Assembly (NCBI GenBank): GCA_049514555.1
Contig: JBEKUY010000001.1
Coordinates: forward strand, 58,923 to 82,922
Direction of reading: 5' to 3'
DNA: 24,000 nt
DNA from: Candidatus Acidiferrales bacterium
Lineage (GTDB): Bacteria > Acidobacteriota > Terriglobia > Acidiferrales > UBA7541
Each line of letters opens with the position of its first letter. The stretch's first letter is position 1. This document shows, piece after piece, positions 1-7,328 of this stretch. Under the pieces are notes generated by a model. It saw nothing but the letters and a program-made list of their open reading frames with translations, had not been told where the DNA came from and did not search any database. Made by a program: the position numbers and the translations under genes.

Positions 1-865
1 GCTCATGCGATTGCGCCAGTGCCTCAAGGACTGGATTGTAGGATATGTGGTCGTAGGGGTTGAAACTATAGCCAAGGGCGATGAGCCTCCCGGCTCGACG
101 AACCAACGAAAGGGCCTTCGCGTAGCTTTGACGGATGAAGGCCTCTTTGAGACCTTCGGTCTTATCAGGAACCGGAGCGATCACTCGTTCTTCGATACGC
201 ATGTGTCCCGTGGGAGACACCACTCGACCATATCGTGGAAAGCAATGGGAAATAGAATTGGGGTCGAAAGCATAAAGCGGTTCTGCACAATGGACGAGTC
301 GAGCTATTCCACCGACAGGATTGCCTACAATCTCGGATTCGATTGTGTAGACACATGCACTCCCATGGAGGTGAATCACAAAGGAAGCAGACTTCGCGTT
401 TGGGGGCAGCTTCACTCCGAAGGCGAGTTCTGTCTTAACAAGTACACCGTAGCCATCTTCTGGATACCACCGACCATTCTGTGCGAGGAAAATTTCCGGC
501 AGGGAGTCATAGTTGATCGTGAGAAATTGTGCATCGCCGAACTTCTCAAAAAATCTTTGATATGAGTTCGACGATTCGGGCAAGGCCAGTTTTTGCGCTA
601 TCCGGTAGTCCGCCTCCATCAATCGGTCAACAAGCTTTTCCATCGGCTCGTAATTGCCAGCTTGCGAAGCTTCTGAGAACAGGTCTTCAATGGACTTGCC
701 CGTTGGCGGTTGGTCGAGCCGGAAGCAGAGTTTCAGGACATCTGCAACCAGCGGGTAGCCACAATCAATCCGATAGAGCCCGACATTGATTGAATTGCCG
801 TATACCGGACCCGCTTCGCGTGTCGCGTCGATGTTGAATCCCGCTCCAAGTAGAAACAGCCTCAA
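1..865 (-). CDS. SIR2-like (SIR2_2-type) NAD-binding/NADase-family protein, partial (C-terminus runs off the left edge)
   Basis: Not in the supplied ORF track. My own minus-strand translation from TTG 865 gives MRLFLLGAGFNIDATREAGPVYGNS...FGDAQFLTINYDSLPEIF...SASFVIHLHGSACVY...RAGRLIALGYSFNPYDH... and stays open through base 1 (288 codons). The order GAG loop, TxNYD, HLHG, IxxGYSxxD is the hallmark of the SIR2_2 family. The TTG lies 3 nt after the TGA of the upstream gene, in the same frame. The listed + ORF 5..565 is its antisense shadow. Confidence 0.75.
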   Translation of the reverse strand, partial: MRLFLLGAGFNIDATREAGPVYGNSINVGLYRIDCGYPLVADVLKLCFRLDQPPTGKSIEDLFSEASQAGNYEPMEKLVDRLMEADYRIAQKLALPESSNSYQRFFEKFGDAQFLTINYDSLPEIFLAQNGRWYPEDGYGVLVKTELAFGVKLPPNAKSASFVIHLHGSACVYTIESEIVGNPVGGIARLVHCAEPLYAFDPNSISHCFPRYGRVVSPTGHMRIEERVIAPVPDKTEGLKEAFIRQSYAKALSLVRRAGRLIALGYSFNPYDHISYNPVLEALAQSHE

Positions 866-868
866 CGG

Positions 869-1159
869 TCAATTTACCTTTCGTGATCCTAGCGGCGGTA
901 TTGCCGAAGCCAAGTTCTTGAGGATTAGTGGTGCGGAGACACCGATGTTCAGCGCGAGTATCGGACTGAGGATGGTTCCGCTGGCTTGATAGGTATATGC
1001 CAATCCGCCCCCAAGGAAGGGGAGTGCGAGAAATTGAAGAACGTAAAAGGGGTCCGAGAATGTCCGAGGCCGTTCCGATTGGGGAGTCTGCGCCAACTCC
1101 GCTAACCGAAGTAAGTTGATTGCAAATCCCCCAAAAACAGCAAACCAGAAAGGTGCCAT
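869..1159 (-). CDS. small integral membrane protein, about 3 predicted TM helices (96 aa)
   Basis: The ORF-track protein MAPFWFAVFGGFAINLLRLAEL...FYVLQFLALPFLGGGLAYTY...ILSPILALNIGVSAPLILKNL has three hydrophobic stretches of about 20 aa. ATG at 1159 is preceded by a purine-rich GAGAGAGA. It sits 17 nt after the upstream gene and 3 nt before the SIR2 start. Confidence 0.6.
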   Translation of the reverse strand: MAPFWFAVFGGFAINLLRLAELAQTPQSERPRTFSDPFYVLQFLALPFLGGGLAYTYQASGTILSPILALNIGVSAPLILKNLASAIPPLGSRKVN

Positions 1160-1176
1160 GGTTCTCTCTCTGAGTG

Positions 1177-1455
1177 CTACCTGATGCGGTCCGAAAATGC
1201 AGATAAGATGCGATTCGCTATGTTCTGCCTCTGGTTGTAGTGATTTCGCGTTGTGAAAAGGGGGCGACCGCGCTTATCGGGAACCGATGATTGCACTATA
1301 TCTACGACGTTTGGAAGGAAAGTAAGAATCAGAGCAACTTGATGCGGGTCTATTCCAGTTTCCTCCGAGATGCCGCCGATGGTGCGCCAATCCCACTTGG
1401 GGTTCTCCAAGGCTCGAACCACACTCTGCCCTTTTTCGTCGAGAACGTAAGCCAC
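1177..1455 (-). CDS. small winged-helix-like protein (92 aa), possible regulator/sensor of the operon
   Basis: GTG start at 1455 (cac on the + strand). The segment WRTIGGISEETGIDPHQVALILTFLPNVVDIV looks like an HTH/wHTH recognition unit. It is the first gene of a tightly packed minus-strand triad. The family is not recognised. Confidence 0.5.
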   Translation of the reverse strand: MAYVLDEKGQSVVRALENPKWDWRTIGGISEETGIDPHQVALILTFLPNVVDIVQSSVPDKRGRPLFTTRNHYNQRQNIANRILSAFSDRIR

Positions 1456-1500
1456 GAATTTAGCCTCTGTTGCTGGTCAGACTAGCACGCGAGATTCCGG

Positions 1501-1540
1501 TGGGCAAGAGTCCGTCTCATTGAGATTCAAGGCTTGCCCA
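1501..1540. promoter_or_regulatory. 40-bp imperfect palindrome, candidate operator in the divergent intergenic region
   Basis: TGGGCAAG (1501-1508) is the exact reverse complement of CTTGCCCA (1533-1540). An inner GTCTCA-T-TGAGAT sub-palindrome is also present. It lies 46-85 nt upstream of the GTG 1455 start of the wHTH gene. Confidence 0.35.
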
Positions 1541-1699
1541 AAGGCGATTGCAGGCAGGGACTACCTCAGTGGCATGGTTCCGGTGAGGCGGGCTGGTGCG
1601 AGGGTCAAGAAGGCTTTTTGGGCCATGCTGGCAGGGCAGCGTGGGCTTGTACCGGACTGTCAGTGCTTGGGGCGCTCTGCTGCCCTATGTACCCGGCAT

Positions 1700-1731
1700 C
1701 TGCTGGCCAAAATGCGATAATCTACCAGCAG
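1700..1731. promoter_or_regulatory. 7-bp inverted repeat flanking a GATAAT box, abutting the ATG of the 491-aa gene
   Basis: CTGCTGG (1700-1706) and CCAGCAG (1725-1731) are reverse complements. GATAAT sits at 1716-1721 and the ATG at 1733. It could be an operator over a -10 element or a 5' hairpin. No convincing SD is present. Confidence 0.25.
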
Positions 1732-1732
1732 G

Positions 1733-3208
1733 ATGAGCAACGTCGCGCACACGGTAGACGAATTGATTGGCGCGCTGGGAGCCACATACCGGACAATCGA
1801 CATCCGCTCCGTCGCCGTTCGCAAGGAAAACTCGTGGGCAAATGTTATGGCCGCGGTTCGCCTTACCTACGAGGACGTGGAGACGGCCAAAGCCCGATTG
1901 GCCAAACTCGCGGGACGTTTTCCGCCTGTTCATACAGAATTGCTAAGAATCGATTCCTTCGTGCGCCCTTTCACGGACTGGCCTGAATTTTGTTTGGAAA
2001 TGAAGCACAAAGGTGTGCTCCAAATGGGCGACGCTCAGTTCCAGCTACGTCAGCCAGTCGATTTGTCACAAGGCAGCGGTTACGTTCAGTGGGGATACTC
2101 CCGTTTGCGTTCGGTCGACGGCCGGGCATGGCCCGCGCTAATTCGGGATTTCGATGCGGGCGGCGTCAATCCATTGTTCGAAGGGCGATTTAGTCGGGAA
2201 GCGCATCTACTCGGTTACGGCGATGCGCTGGATGCGGCCAATGCGCTGTGCGAACTCAACGTATCGCAGCAGCATGACCATGGCTGCGATCTTTCCATTT
2301 CTTTTCCCGTGTTTGCGAACATCTTACAGATTCGCGTAAACACCGCCGAAAAACGGATCGACGTTGAGGTTCAGCGACACCGGAGTTTCTCAGACCTAAG
2401 AGCCGTGGCTTGCGTGCGTAAGCAGAGTGCTCTCGCGGACGCTCCATTTCGAGAACAGATTTCTCTTTCGATCAGTCACGCCGATGATGCATGCGCTGAG
2501 GTTGTCTCGGCACGAAGTTCCGTGCAAATCCAAGACTTAGACCCTGATAACGATTGGTTCGAAATCCGTCTCGTCCATCCACAGCTTGGAGAGGTCAGGA
2601 AGGACGCGAACTATGTTCGGATGTTCATTCCGCCAAGCGAGCGCAACATTCTGCTGGGGGCTATCCAGCAATTTTGCAGAGGCACAACGCTCGATGACTT
2701 GCTAGTTCGTGCTTATAACGTGCAGACGGCAAAACTGAAACCAAGCGCAGCGTTTGAGCTTCACGTATCTTGGCTTCTTGGCATGTTTGGTCTTTCGACT
2801 GTGATTCTGGGCAATTATGAGCATATCCTTGCGCCGGATACGCCAGTACAGAGGGCTTCTGTCGATATTCTCGCAGCCAGTCAGCGAAGCAAACTGCTGC
2901 TCCTTGTCTCCTGTACGATCAATCCACCAAAGCCCGAAGATGCCAGCAATCTGCGGTATGCCTGCGCAATCTTCGCCCGCGAGGTGTTTGCGGAAACCGG
3001 GGTTCGTATCATCCCTGTACTGTTTACATCGTCCATGGGCGGTCCCTCCTACTACCAATCCGAGGATCATTTTGACGCGGTCCCTGTTGTGGACGCGGAT
3101 GGCATGGGAATCTTGCTTGGACTCCTTCGGTCGGGCCAAGAACGCCGCTTCTTCGAATTCTTGGCGAACCCCACGCTTGGACTGACGACTTCCTCTCAAC
3201 CACGTTAG
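1733..3208 (+). CDS. hypothetical 491-aa protein; C-terminal third resembles a restriction-endonuclease-like (Mrr_cat-type) fold with a degenerate active site
   Basis: Long ORF with protein-like composition. The C-terminal order AAFELHVSWLLGMFGL / ASVDILAAS / LLLLVSCT / IIPVLFTSS / VPVVDADGMGILLGLL mimics the Mrr_cat pattern FE..ll...G, DI.a, v.cK, followed by the l.d..l..ll segment. The usual Lys is Thr (VSCT). The N-terminal 300 aa are unrecognised. Confidence 0.7.
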   Translation: MSNVAHTVDELIGALGATYRTIDIRSVAVRKENSWANVMAAVRLTYEDVETAKARLAKLAGRFPPVHTELLRIDSFVRPFTDWPEFCLEMKHKGVLQMGDAQFQLRQPVDLSQGSGYVQWGYSRLRSVDGRAWPALIRDFDAGGVNPLFEGRFSREAHLLGYGDALDAANALCELNVSQQHDHGCDLSISFPVFANILQIRVNTAEKRIDVEVQRHRSFSDLRAVACVRKQSALADAPFREQISLSISHADDACAEVVSARSSVQIQDLDPDNDWFEIRLVHPQLGEVRKDANYVRMFIPPSERNILLGAIQQFCRGTTLDDLLVRAYNVQTAKLKPSAAFELHVSWLLGMFGLSTVILGNYEHILAPDTPVQRASVDILAASQRSKLLLLVSCTINPPKPEDASNLRYACAIFAREVFAETGVRIIPVLFTSSMGGPSYYQSEDHFDAVPVVDADGMGILLGLLRSGQERRFFEFLANPTLGLTTSSQPR

Positions 3209-3296
3209 TCCGGGGACTTGTCCCGTTCTCGGCAGCCGCAACAGCTACGCCTGTGCAAATAGGGCACGACTCTTTTCGTTCGCAATGGCTTGTTCG

Positions 3297-3677
3297 TTAT
3301 TTGCAGGCTTCGTGGACTAAGTTGGCAAAGAATTCCACCACGTCAACGAAATTGTAGGTAAACGCGTGCATTATTCCTGTTGCGTATTGAATTTGGTCAT
3401 AAAAGTACTCAGCCTTAAATCCAAACGGAACGACGGTGGTCCGCGTGATGCCAAACCTTCCAATCAGCTTGCCGGGGTCTGCCAGTGCCATGATTCCGAT
3501 CTCGCAAACGGCCCATCGTCCATAAACGTCATCTGCGCCATGCTTGAGGAGAACTAGGTTGGCGCTTCGGCCCTGCGTCAAACCGATCCACCCTCCAAGC
3601 TTCCCGCATTTATTCGCCCGGCCATTCTTCGGGGAGTCCGAGAATTGTTGATAGTGACTCGCCATCATGAAACTCAA
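3297..3677 (-). CDS. hypothetical protein (126 aa from TTG 3677; ATG-ATG at 3668/3665), possibly the downstream part of a frameshifted gene
   Basis: ORF-track protein ...MMASHYQQFSDSPKNGRANKCGKLGGWIGLTQGRSANLVLLKHGADDVYGRW... It has a vague SUKH/SMI1-KNR4-like feel, which is a low-confidence memory match. It overlaps the 3' end of ORF 3610..3783 in another frame. Confidence 0.45.
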   Translation of the reverse strand: MSFMMASHYQQFSDSPKNGRANKCGKLGGWIGLTQGRSANLVLLKHGADDVYGRWAVCEIGIMALADPGKLIGRFGITRTTVVPFGFKAEYFYDQIQYATGIMHAFTYNFVDVVEFFANLVHEACK

Positions 3678-3783
3678 GCTTGTTCTCGTTGACTACGGCG
3701 TGACAGAAACGGTCAAGTTCACCTTGGTAGGGTCTCGCCGCCCAAGGATTGTCGTATAGGCACGCTGTAACCCTTGGCGTCAT
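3610..3783 (-). CDS. short ORF (57 aa from ATG 3783), possibly the upstream part of a frameshifted gene
   Basis: MTPRVTACLYDNPWAARPYQGELDRFCHAVVNENKLEFHDGESLSTILGLPEEWPGE. The longer track version (to 3957) has a junk-like N-terminus. It ends inside the next ORF with a 68-nt overlap. Confidence 0.3.
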   Translation of the reverse strand: MTPRVTACLYDNPWAARPYQGELDRFCHAVVNENKLEFHDGESLSTILGLPEEWPGE

Positions 3784-3962
3784 TTCAAGAGAGGTTGGTT
3801 CAATGGTACGACCCGAATTGACGCTTATCTCGCCCACCAGAGGAGAAGCATTCCGTTGCTGGAGTGTCTGGCCATCCACCGCTTTCGCCCGACAAAGAAC
3901 AAGGTGAAAGCAGCGACCGAAAACTGGACGCCCAAGTGTCCGTTGTGTGCCCTCCACAAGAC

Positions 3963-3995
3963 AATCCGGACCGAATTGCGCAAAATTTACGGATT
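3963..3995. promoter_or_regulatory. nested inverted repeat in a divergent intergenic region
   Basis: AATCCG (3963-3968) and CGGATT (3990-3995) are reverse complements flanking the perfect 8-bp palindrome TTGCGCAA (3976-3983). Related AATCC/GGATT words recur at about 4010, 4020 and 4213. Confidence 0.2.
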
Positions 3996-4222
3996 CCGTT
4001 GACGTTCAATAATCCTGTTGGATTTCCGCACCAAGGCCGGGCGCTATATGCTTGATTGGGGCGATCTTGCGGGCAGGCGATTCTGGCAATTCGTCGTTTG
4101 GGATACATCTGTATCTTCGCGGCCCGCTGCGGCATGTGTTTCAACAGCTTTGAGCCGGGACGAGCGCCCGCGTCGCAGCCAAGCTATCCTGCGTCGGTCG
4201 CACCGAATGATAGAATCCGACC

Positions 4223-4471
4223 ATGAGATACCTCGTCGTGTGGTTTATTAAGGACTACGTGCCAAGGGGAATGGTCATCAAAACCCACGCTCTGTATGGG
4301 AGCATCTACGCGCAATTCCCGAAGGAATGCGAGAAGCTCGGACTTACAAACAGCGGTCCGATAGAACCGAAGTGGAAGAACCAAATCCGATGGGGCTTGC
4401 GAGATGCGAAAGACCAGAAGCTCATAAAGCATGTTGGTTTGCCGAAGTCGGGAGAGTGGCAACGGATTTAG
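4223..4471 (+). CDS. standalone winged-helix protein resembling the Mrr N-terminal DNA-binding domain (82 aa)
   Basis: The C-terminal half EPKWKNQIRWGLRDAKDQKLIKHVGLPKSGEWQRI matches the Mrr_N-type pattern (w.n.irwa...L...gli......G.w.it). ATG at 4223. The stop is 15 nt before the next gene. Confidence 0.6.
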   Translation: MRYLVVWFIKDYVPRGMVIKTHALYGSIYAQFPKECEKLGLTNSGPIEPKWKNQIRWGLRDAKDQKLIKHVGLPKSGEWQRI

Positions 4472-4486
4472 CCACGGGCGCGCCGG

Positions 4487-5350
4487 ATGGGAACGACAAG
4501 GGTTCAAATCCAAGGCAATGCAGGAGTGCCGATCCGCTCCTTTGACGACTGGGAGAGCCACGCGCTGCCTCCCGCTCGTAAGGAACTACACTGGGAGACA
4601 GACCGAAGCGCGTGCGAACTGGGGCGAATCTGGACGGCCGGCGGCGAACCTGCCGTGCCACGTCAACTGGCTCAACTGCTTGAATCGCACGAAGGTACGA
4701 GACGCATGGTAATCCTCAGCGGAATCACGGAACGGGAAACGCCGTTGCCCTTCGGCAACCGGGGGCCACGCTGCCACGACTTGGCTTTGCAGGCTGAGCA
4801 GGATGGTCGTGTCGTGACCATCTGCATCGAAGCGAAAGCCGACGAGTCATTCGGCGGAACAATCACCGAAGAACTCAGCGCCGCGAGAAAAAGGGCGGCG
4901 AAGCGGGAAGGCGGCCACACGAGATTCCCAGAGCGCCTCGATTGGCTCACCCACTCATTGTTGGGACTCCGTGCCTTCGAGGATGCCCAGCACCAAGTGC
5001 TCGACGGGGTTGTCGCCGATCTGCCGTACCAACTGTTGCCTGCAATCGCTGGAACGCTGCTTGAGGCTGAGCACTTGAACGCTTCCAAGGCTGTCTTTGT
5101 CGTCCACGAGTTTCGGACGGCGAAGACGGCTGATGCCAACTTGGACGCCAACGCAGACGCGCTCAACCGCTTCCTCCGTGTCTTCCTGTCGGCAAACGGG
5201 GCAGGCGCAGGCGAGGACTTTGCGTTGGAAAACGGTCACATCGTTGGGCCAATCCTAGTCGCGAAGCGTCGTGTTACAGGCGCAGACAGAATCCCCTCCG
5301 AGATTCCGCTCTTCATCGGGAAAATCAGGACCGACCTCCTTGCGGCCTAG
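4487..5350 (+). CDS. PD-(D/E)xK nuclease-superfamily protein (DUF6946-like by memory), 287 aa
   Basis: The order HW.TDRSACELGRIW ... ERETPLPFGNRGPRCHDLAL ... VVTICIEAKADESFG gives a D ... E-x-K core (HDL / IEAK). The N-terminal HW..RSA.EL block is one I associate with that DUF. Confidence 0.65.
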   Translation: MGTTRVQIQGNAGVPIRSFDDWESHALPPARKELHWETDRSACELGRIWTAGGEPAVPRQLAQLLESHEGTRRMVILSGITERETPLPFGNRGPRCHDLALQAEQDGRVVTICIEAKADESFGGTITEELSAARKRAAKREGGHTRFPERLDWLTHSLLGLRAFEDAQHQVLDGVVADLPYQLLPAIAGTLLEAEHLNASKAVFVVHEFRTAKTADANLDANADALNRFLRVFLSANGAGAGEDFALENGHIVGPILVAKRRVTGADRIPSEIPLFIGKIRTDLLAA

Positions 5351-5465
5351 CTCGCGCAGCGCCACCTCCGTCCCGAGATCAGCAACAAGGCCATCAGCTA
5401 CTTGCAGCAGGTTGGCCGGGCAACCATGCAACTTGAGAGTAGGAAGCACATAGGGCTCTTCTTGC

Positions 5466-6278
5466 TCACGTTATCAAGCTTGTGAACGATCTCCCGTCCC
5501 GAATCAACTCCTCGACATCGTGGCGACTCACCGCTTCCTTCGGATGGGCACAGTTGTTCCCTATCTTGTAAAGCACATCCAGTCTTGCCCGCTGCACTTC
5601 CGTGATGACGCCCGTGTTCCTCAGCGAGAGCGTGATGTCGGTGAAGTCGGGATGCGCCTTGCTCGGCGGATTCGTGGCGATGGTCACGCCGCGTTCCTGA
5701 GCCACCGTTCGGAAGTGCCGTTCGAGCGCGACTCTGGCAACCACGCCGCTGGCGCGGGTGATCGTTTCCTCGTGCGAAGACTGGAGGAGATTCGAGGCAG
5801 TCTCGAACTCGTCGGCCGCCACGACGAAGCTCAAATCGCCCAAGATCGAAAGTTCCCTAGACTTGACCTCGGATACGCACGCGTTCAGCAGCGCCATAGC
5901 TTTTCCCATTTTCTGATTAAAGTACGGTAGGTTGGTCTTCACGCTCATTTGGTTGTAGAAGGGCATGTAGATGAAGTAGGAAATGCAGGAGAAATCCTTG
6001 CTCATCTTTGTCTTGTCTTGGATGTCCGGATAATAGGCCTCGTAGCACCAGTCGAACGCTTGCAGTCCGGAGAAGTTCTCCCGCTCCAACAGGCCGCGAG
6101 CGCCCCTGTACCATTCCTCGGCCTTGCGCTTGAGATCGGCGCTGCCCACGAGGTCTCCGTCCGCGAGAGCTTGGGCACACAGCAAGACCTCGGAGAAGAG
6201 CCTGTTCAGTTCCTTGATTCTCGCCTCAAGCTGCCTTAAGTGAGAAGACACCGAATCCGCTCCGCGTACCACCCTCAA
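5466..6278 (-). CDS. DUF4145-domain (HEPN-like) protein with an unrecognised N-terminal domain (270 aa)
   Basis: The C-terminus ASGVVARVALERHFRTVAQERGV...LSLRNTGVITEVQRARLDVLYKIGNNCAHP fits the DUF4145 pattern (..aLE..lr......L...g.I......l...r..GN.aaH). The start is uncertain: TTG 6278, GTG 6272 or GTG 6251, with no early ATG. Confidence 0.7.
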   Translation of the reverse strand: MRVVRGADSVSSHLRQLEARIKELNRLFSEVLLCAQALADGDLVGSADLKRKAEEWYRGARGLLERENFSGLQAFDWCYEAYYPDIQDKTKMSKDFSCISYFIYMPFYNQMSVKTNLPYFNQKMGKAMALLNACVSEVKSRELSILGDLSFVVAADEFETASNLLQSSHEETITRASGVVARVALERHFRTVAQERGVTIATNPPSKAHPDFTDITLSLRNTGVITEVQRARLDVLYKIGNNCAHPKEAVSRHDVEELIRDGRSFTSLIT

Positions 6279-6419
6279 TTGCTCTTAACGCTTCGGACTG
6301 CGGTAATGCAACAACAAAAGTCCTACGACCAGCAGTCATACGCGAGGGATTGCCCTTCGCCTTTCCATGCACGATCCTCCCGTTCCTTCTACAGTACAAG
6401 CCAGAGATTCAGCCTCGCA

Positions 6420-7325
6420 TTAAAGGCCGTAGTGCTGCTTCAGCCACGCTGTGAGAAGCTCCGAACCGATTTTGACTCCAACCTTCACGCCCCCGGCCAT
6501 AACCTTCGAGGCCTTGTCCTTTACCCATTCCCCAACCTTGCCGCCGGGTTTGTTGCCGTCCGCCTCCATCGCTTGGGTGAGGCTGTCCAAGTCCGGCTTG
6601 TCCAATCCCGCATTGCTCAGAATACGGTCAAGCGCCTGCCTGTCGCCCACGTTGATAACAGTCTCGCTCTGCGTCGATGAAATGCTCGCTTGCCCGAAAG
6701 CAAGGTACGTGTTCCCACCAGTATTCTGGATGATGATGTTCTGGATTTTCTCTGCATCGGAAGGTTCTATCTTGCGAAGGTCACTATAAGATGTGCCCAG
6801 TTCGTCCCTAATCTCCAGAGCCATTTTTAGCGTGCGATTTCGGACGGCGTCCAGCACTTCCACAAGGACATTCACGGGTATCTCCTGCCACGCCGAATGG
6901 CAGATGAAGCCTCCCTGCATGAGGCGCTGTTGGTAGTACACGACCATGTCGCCGGGCCAAGGAAACACAAACGAGCCTGTGGTGGCGTTTTTGATTAGGT
7001 CGGAGTAGGCGCTCACCGATTGAGCTAGAGGAAGCATCGTGGCCCAATGCCGGTGCCTCTCCTCTAAGGCAACAGGAGGGATGATGTGGTTGTTGCGCTG
7101 TATGTATCCCGGCCCGACGAAATTGCCCTTTGCCCTTCCATGCACAGTCCTGTAATCAGGAAGGTCTTGCCCGTCTTGGTAGCCGTTGAGTTCTTGGGTC
7201 GCCCATGCCTTGAGCCGCTCGTTCTTTAGCTCATGGCCGAGCCGCAGGCATTTTCTAAGAATGTCTGGCAACGGATACTTGCCATCAGTAGCAGCCTCGA
7301 TAATCTCATCGAGTAGGGACGACAT
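6420..7325 (-). CDS. AbiTii-domain abortive-infection protein (301 aa)
   Basis: The N-terminus MSSLLDEIIEAATDGKYPLPDILRKCLRLGHELKNERLKAWATQELNGYQDGQDLPDYRTV matches the AbiTii signature (LL.eii..a.d....l...LRk...La..l.n..l..W...ELnGY....lP.YR). ATG 7325 is 3 nt after the stop of the upstream gene. Confidence 0.75.
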   Translation of the reverse strand: MSSLLDEIIEAATDGKYPLPDILRKCLRLGHELKNERLKAWATQELNGYQDGQDLPDYRTVHGRAKGNFVGPGYIQRNNHIIPPVALEERHRHWATMLPLAQSVSAYSDLIKNATTGSFVFPWPGDMVVYYQQRLMQGGFICHSAWQEIPVNVLVEVLDAVRNRTLKMALEIRDELGTSYSDLRKIEPSDAEKIQNIIIQNTGGNTYLAFGQASISSTQSETVINVGDRQALDRILSNAGLDKPDLDSLTQAMEADGNKPGGKVGEWVKDKASKVMAGGVKVGVKIGSELLTAWLKQHYGL

Positions 7326-7328
7326 TGG

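Noticed and set aside
5-565. 186-aa + strand ORF at the left edge
   Set aside because: It is the antisense shadow of the SIR2-like gene. Its sequence has no recognisable motifs, while the opposite strand reads a continuous SIR2_2-type protein with all hallmark blocks.
2702-3241. 179-aa minus-strand ORF, together with other internal ORFs in 1534-3185 on either strand
   Set aside because: They are nested in or antisense to the long 1733..3208 ORF. Their composition is Arg-rich and junk-like.
4672-5239. Minus-strand ORFs of 164 aa and 94 aa
   Set aside because: They are antisense to the PD-(D/E)xK gene 4487..5350, which has a coherent motif order. Their Ser/Ala/Trp-rich sequences are typical of shadow frames.
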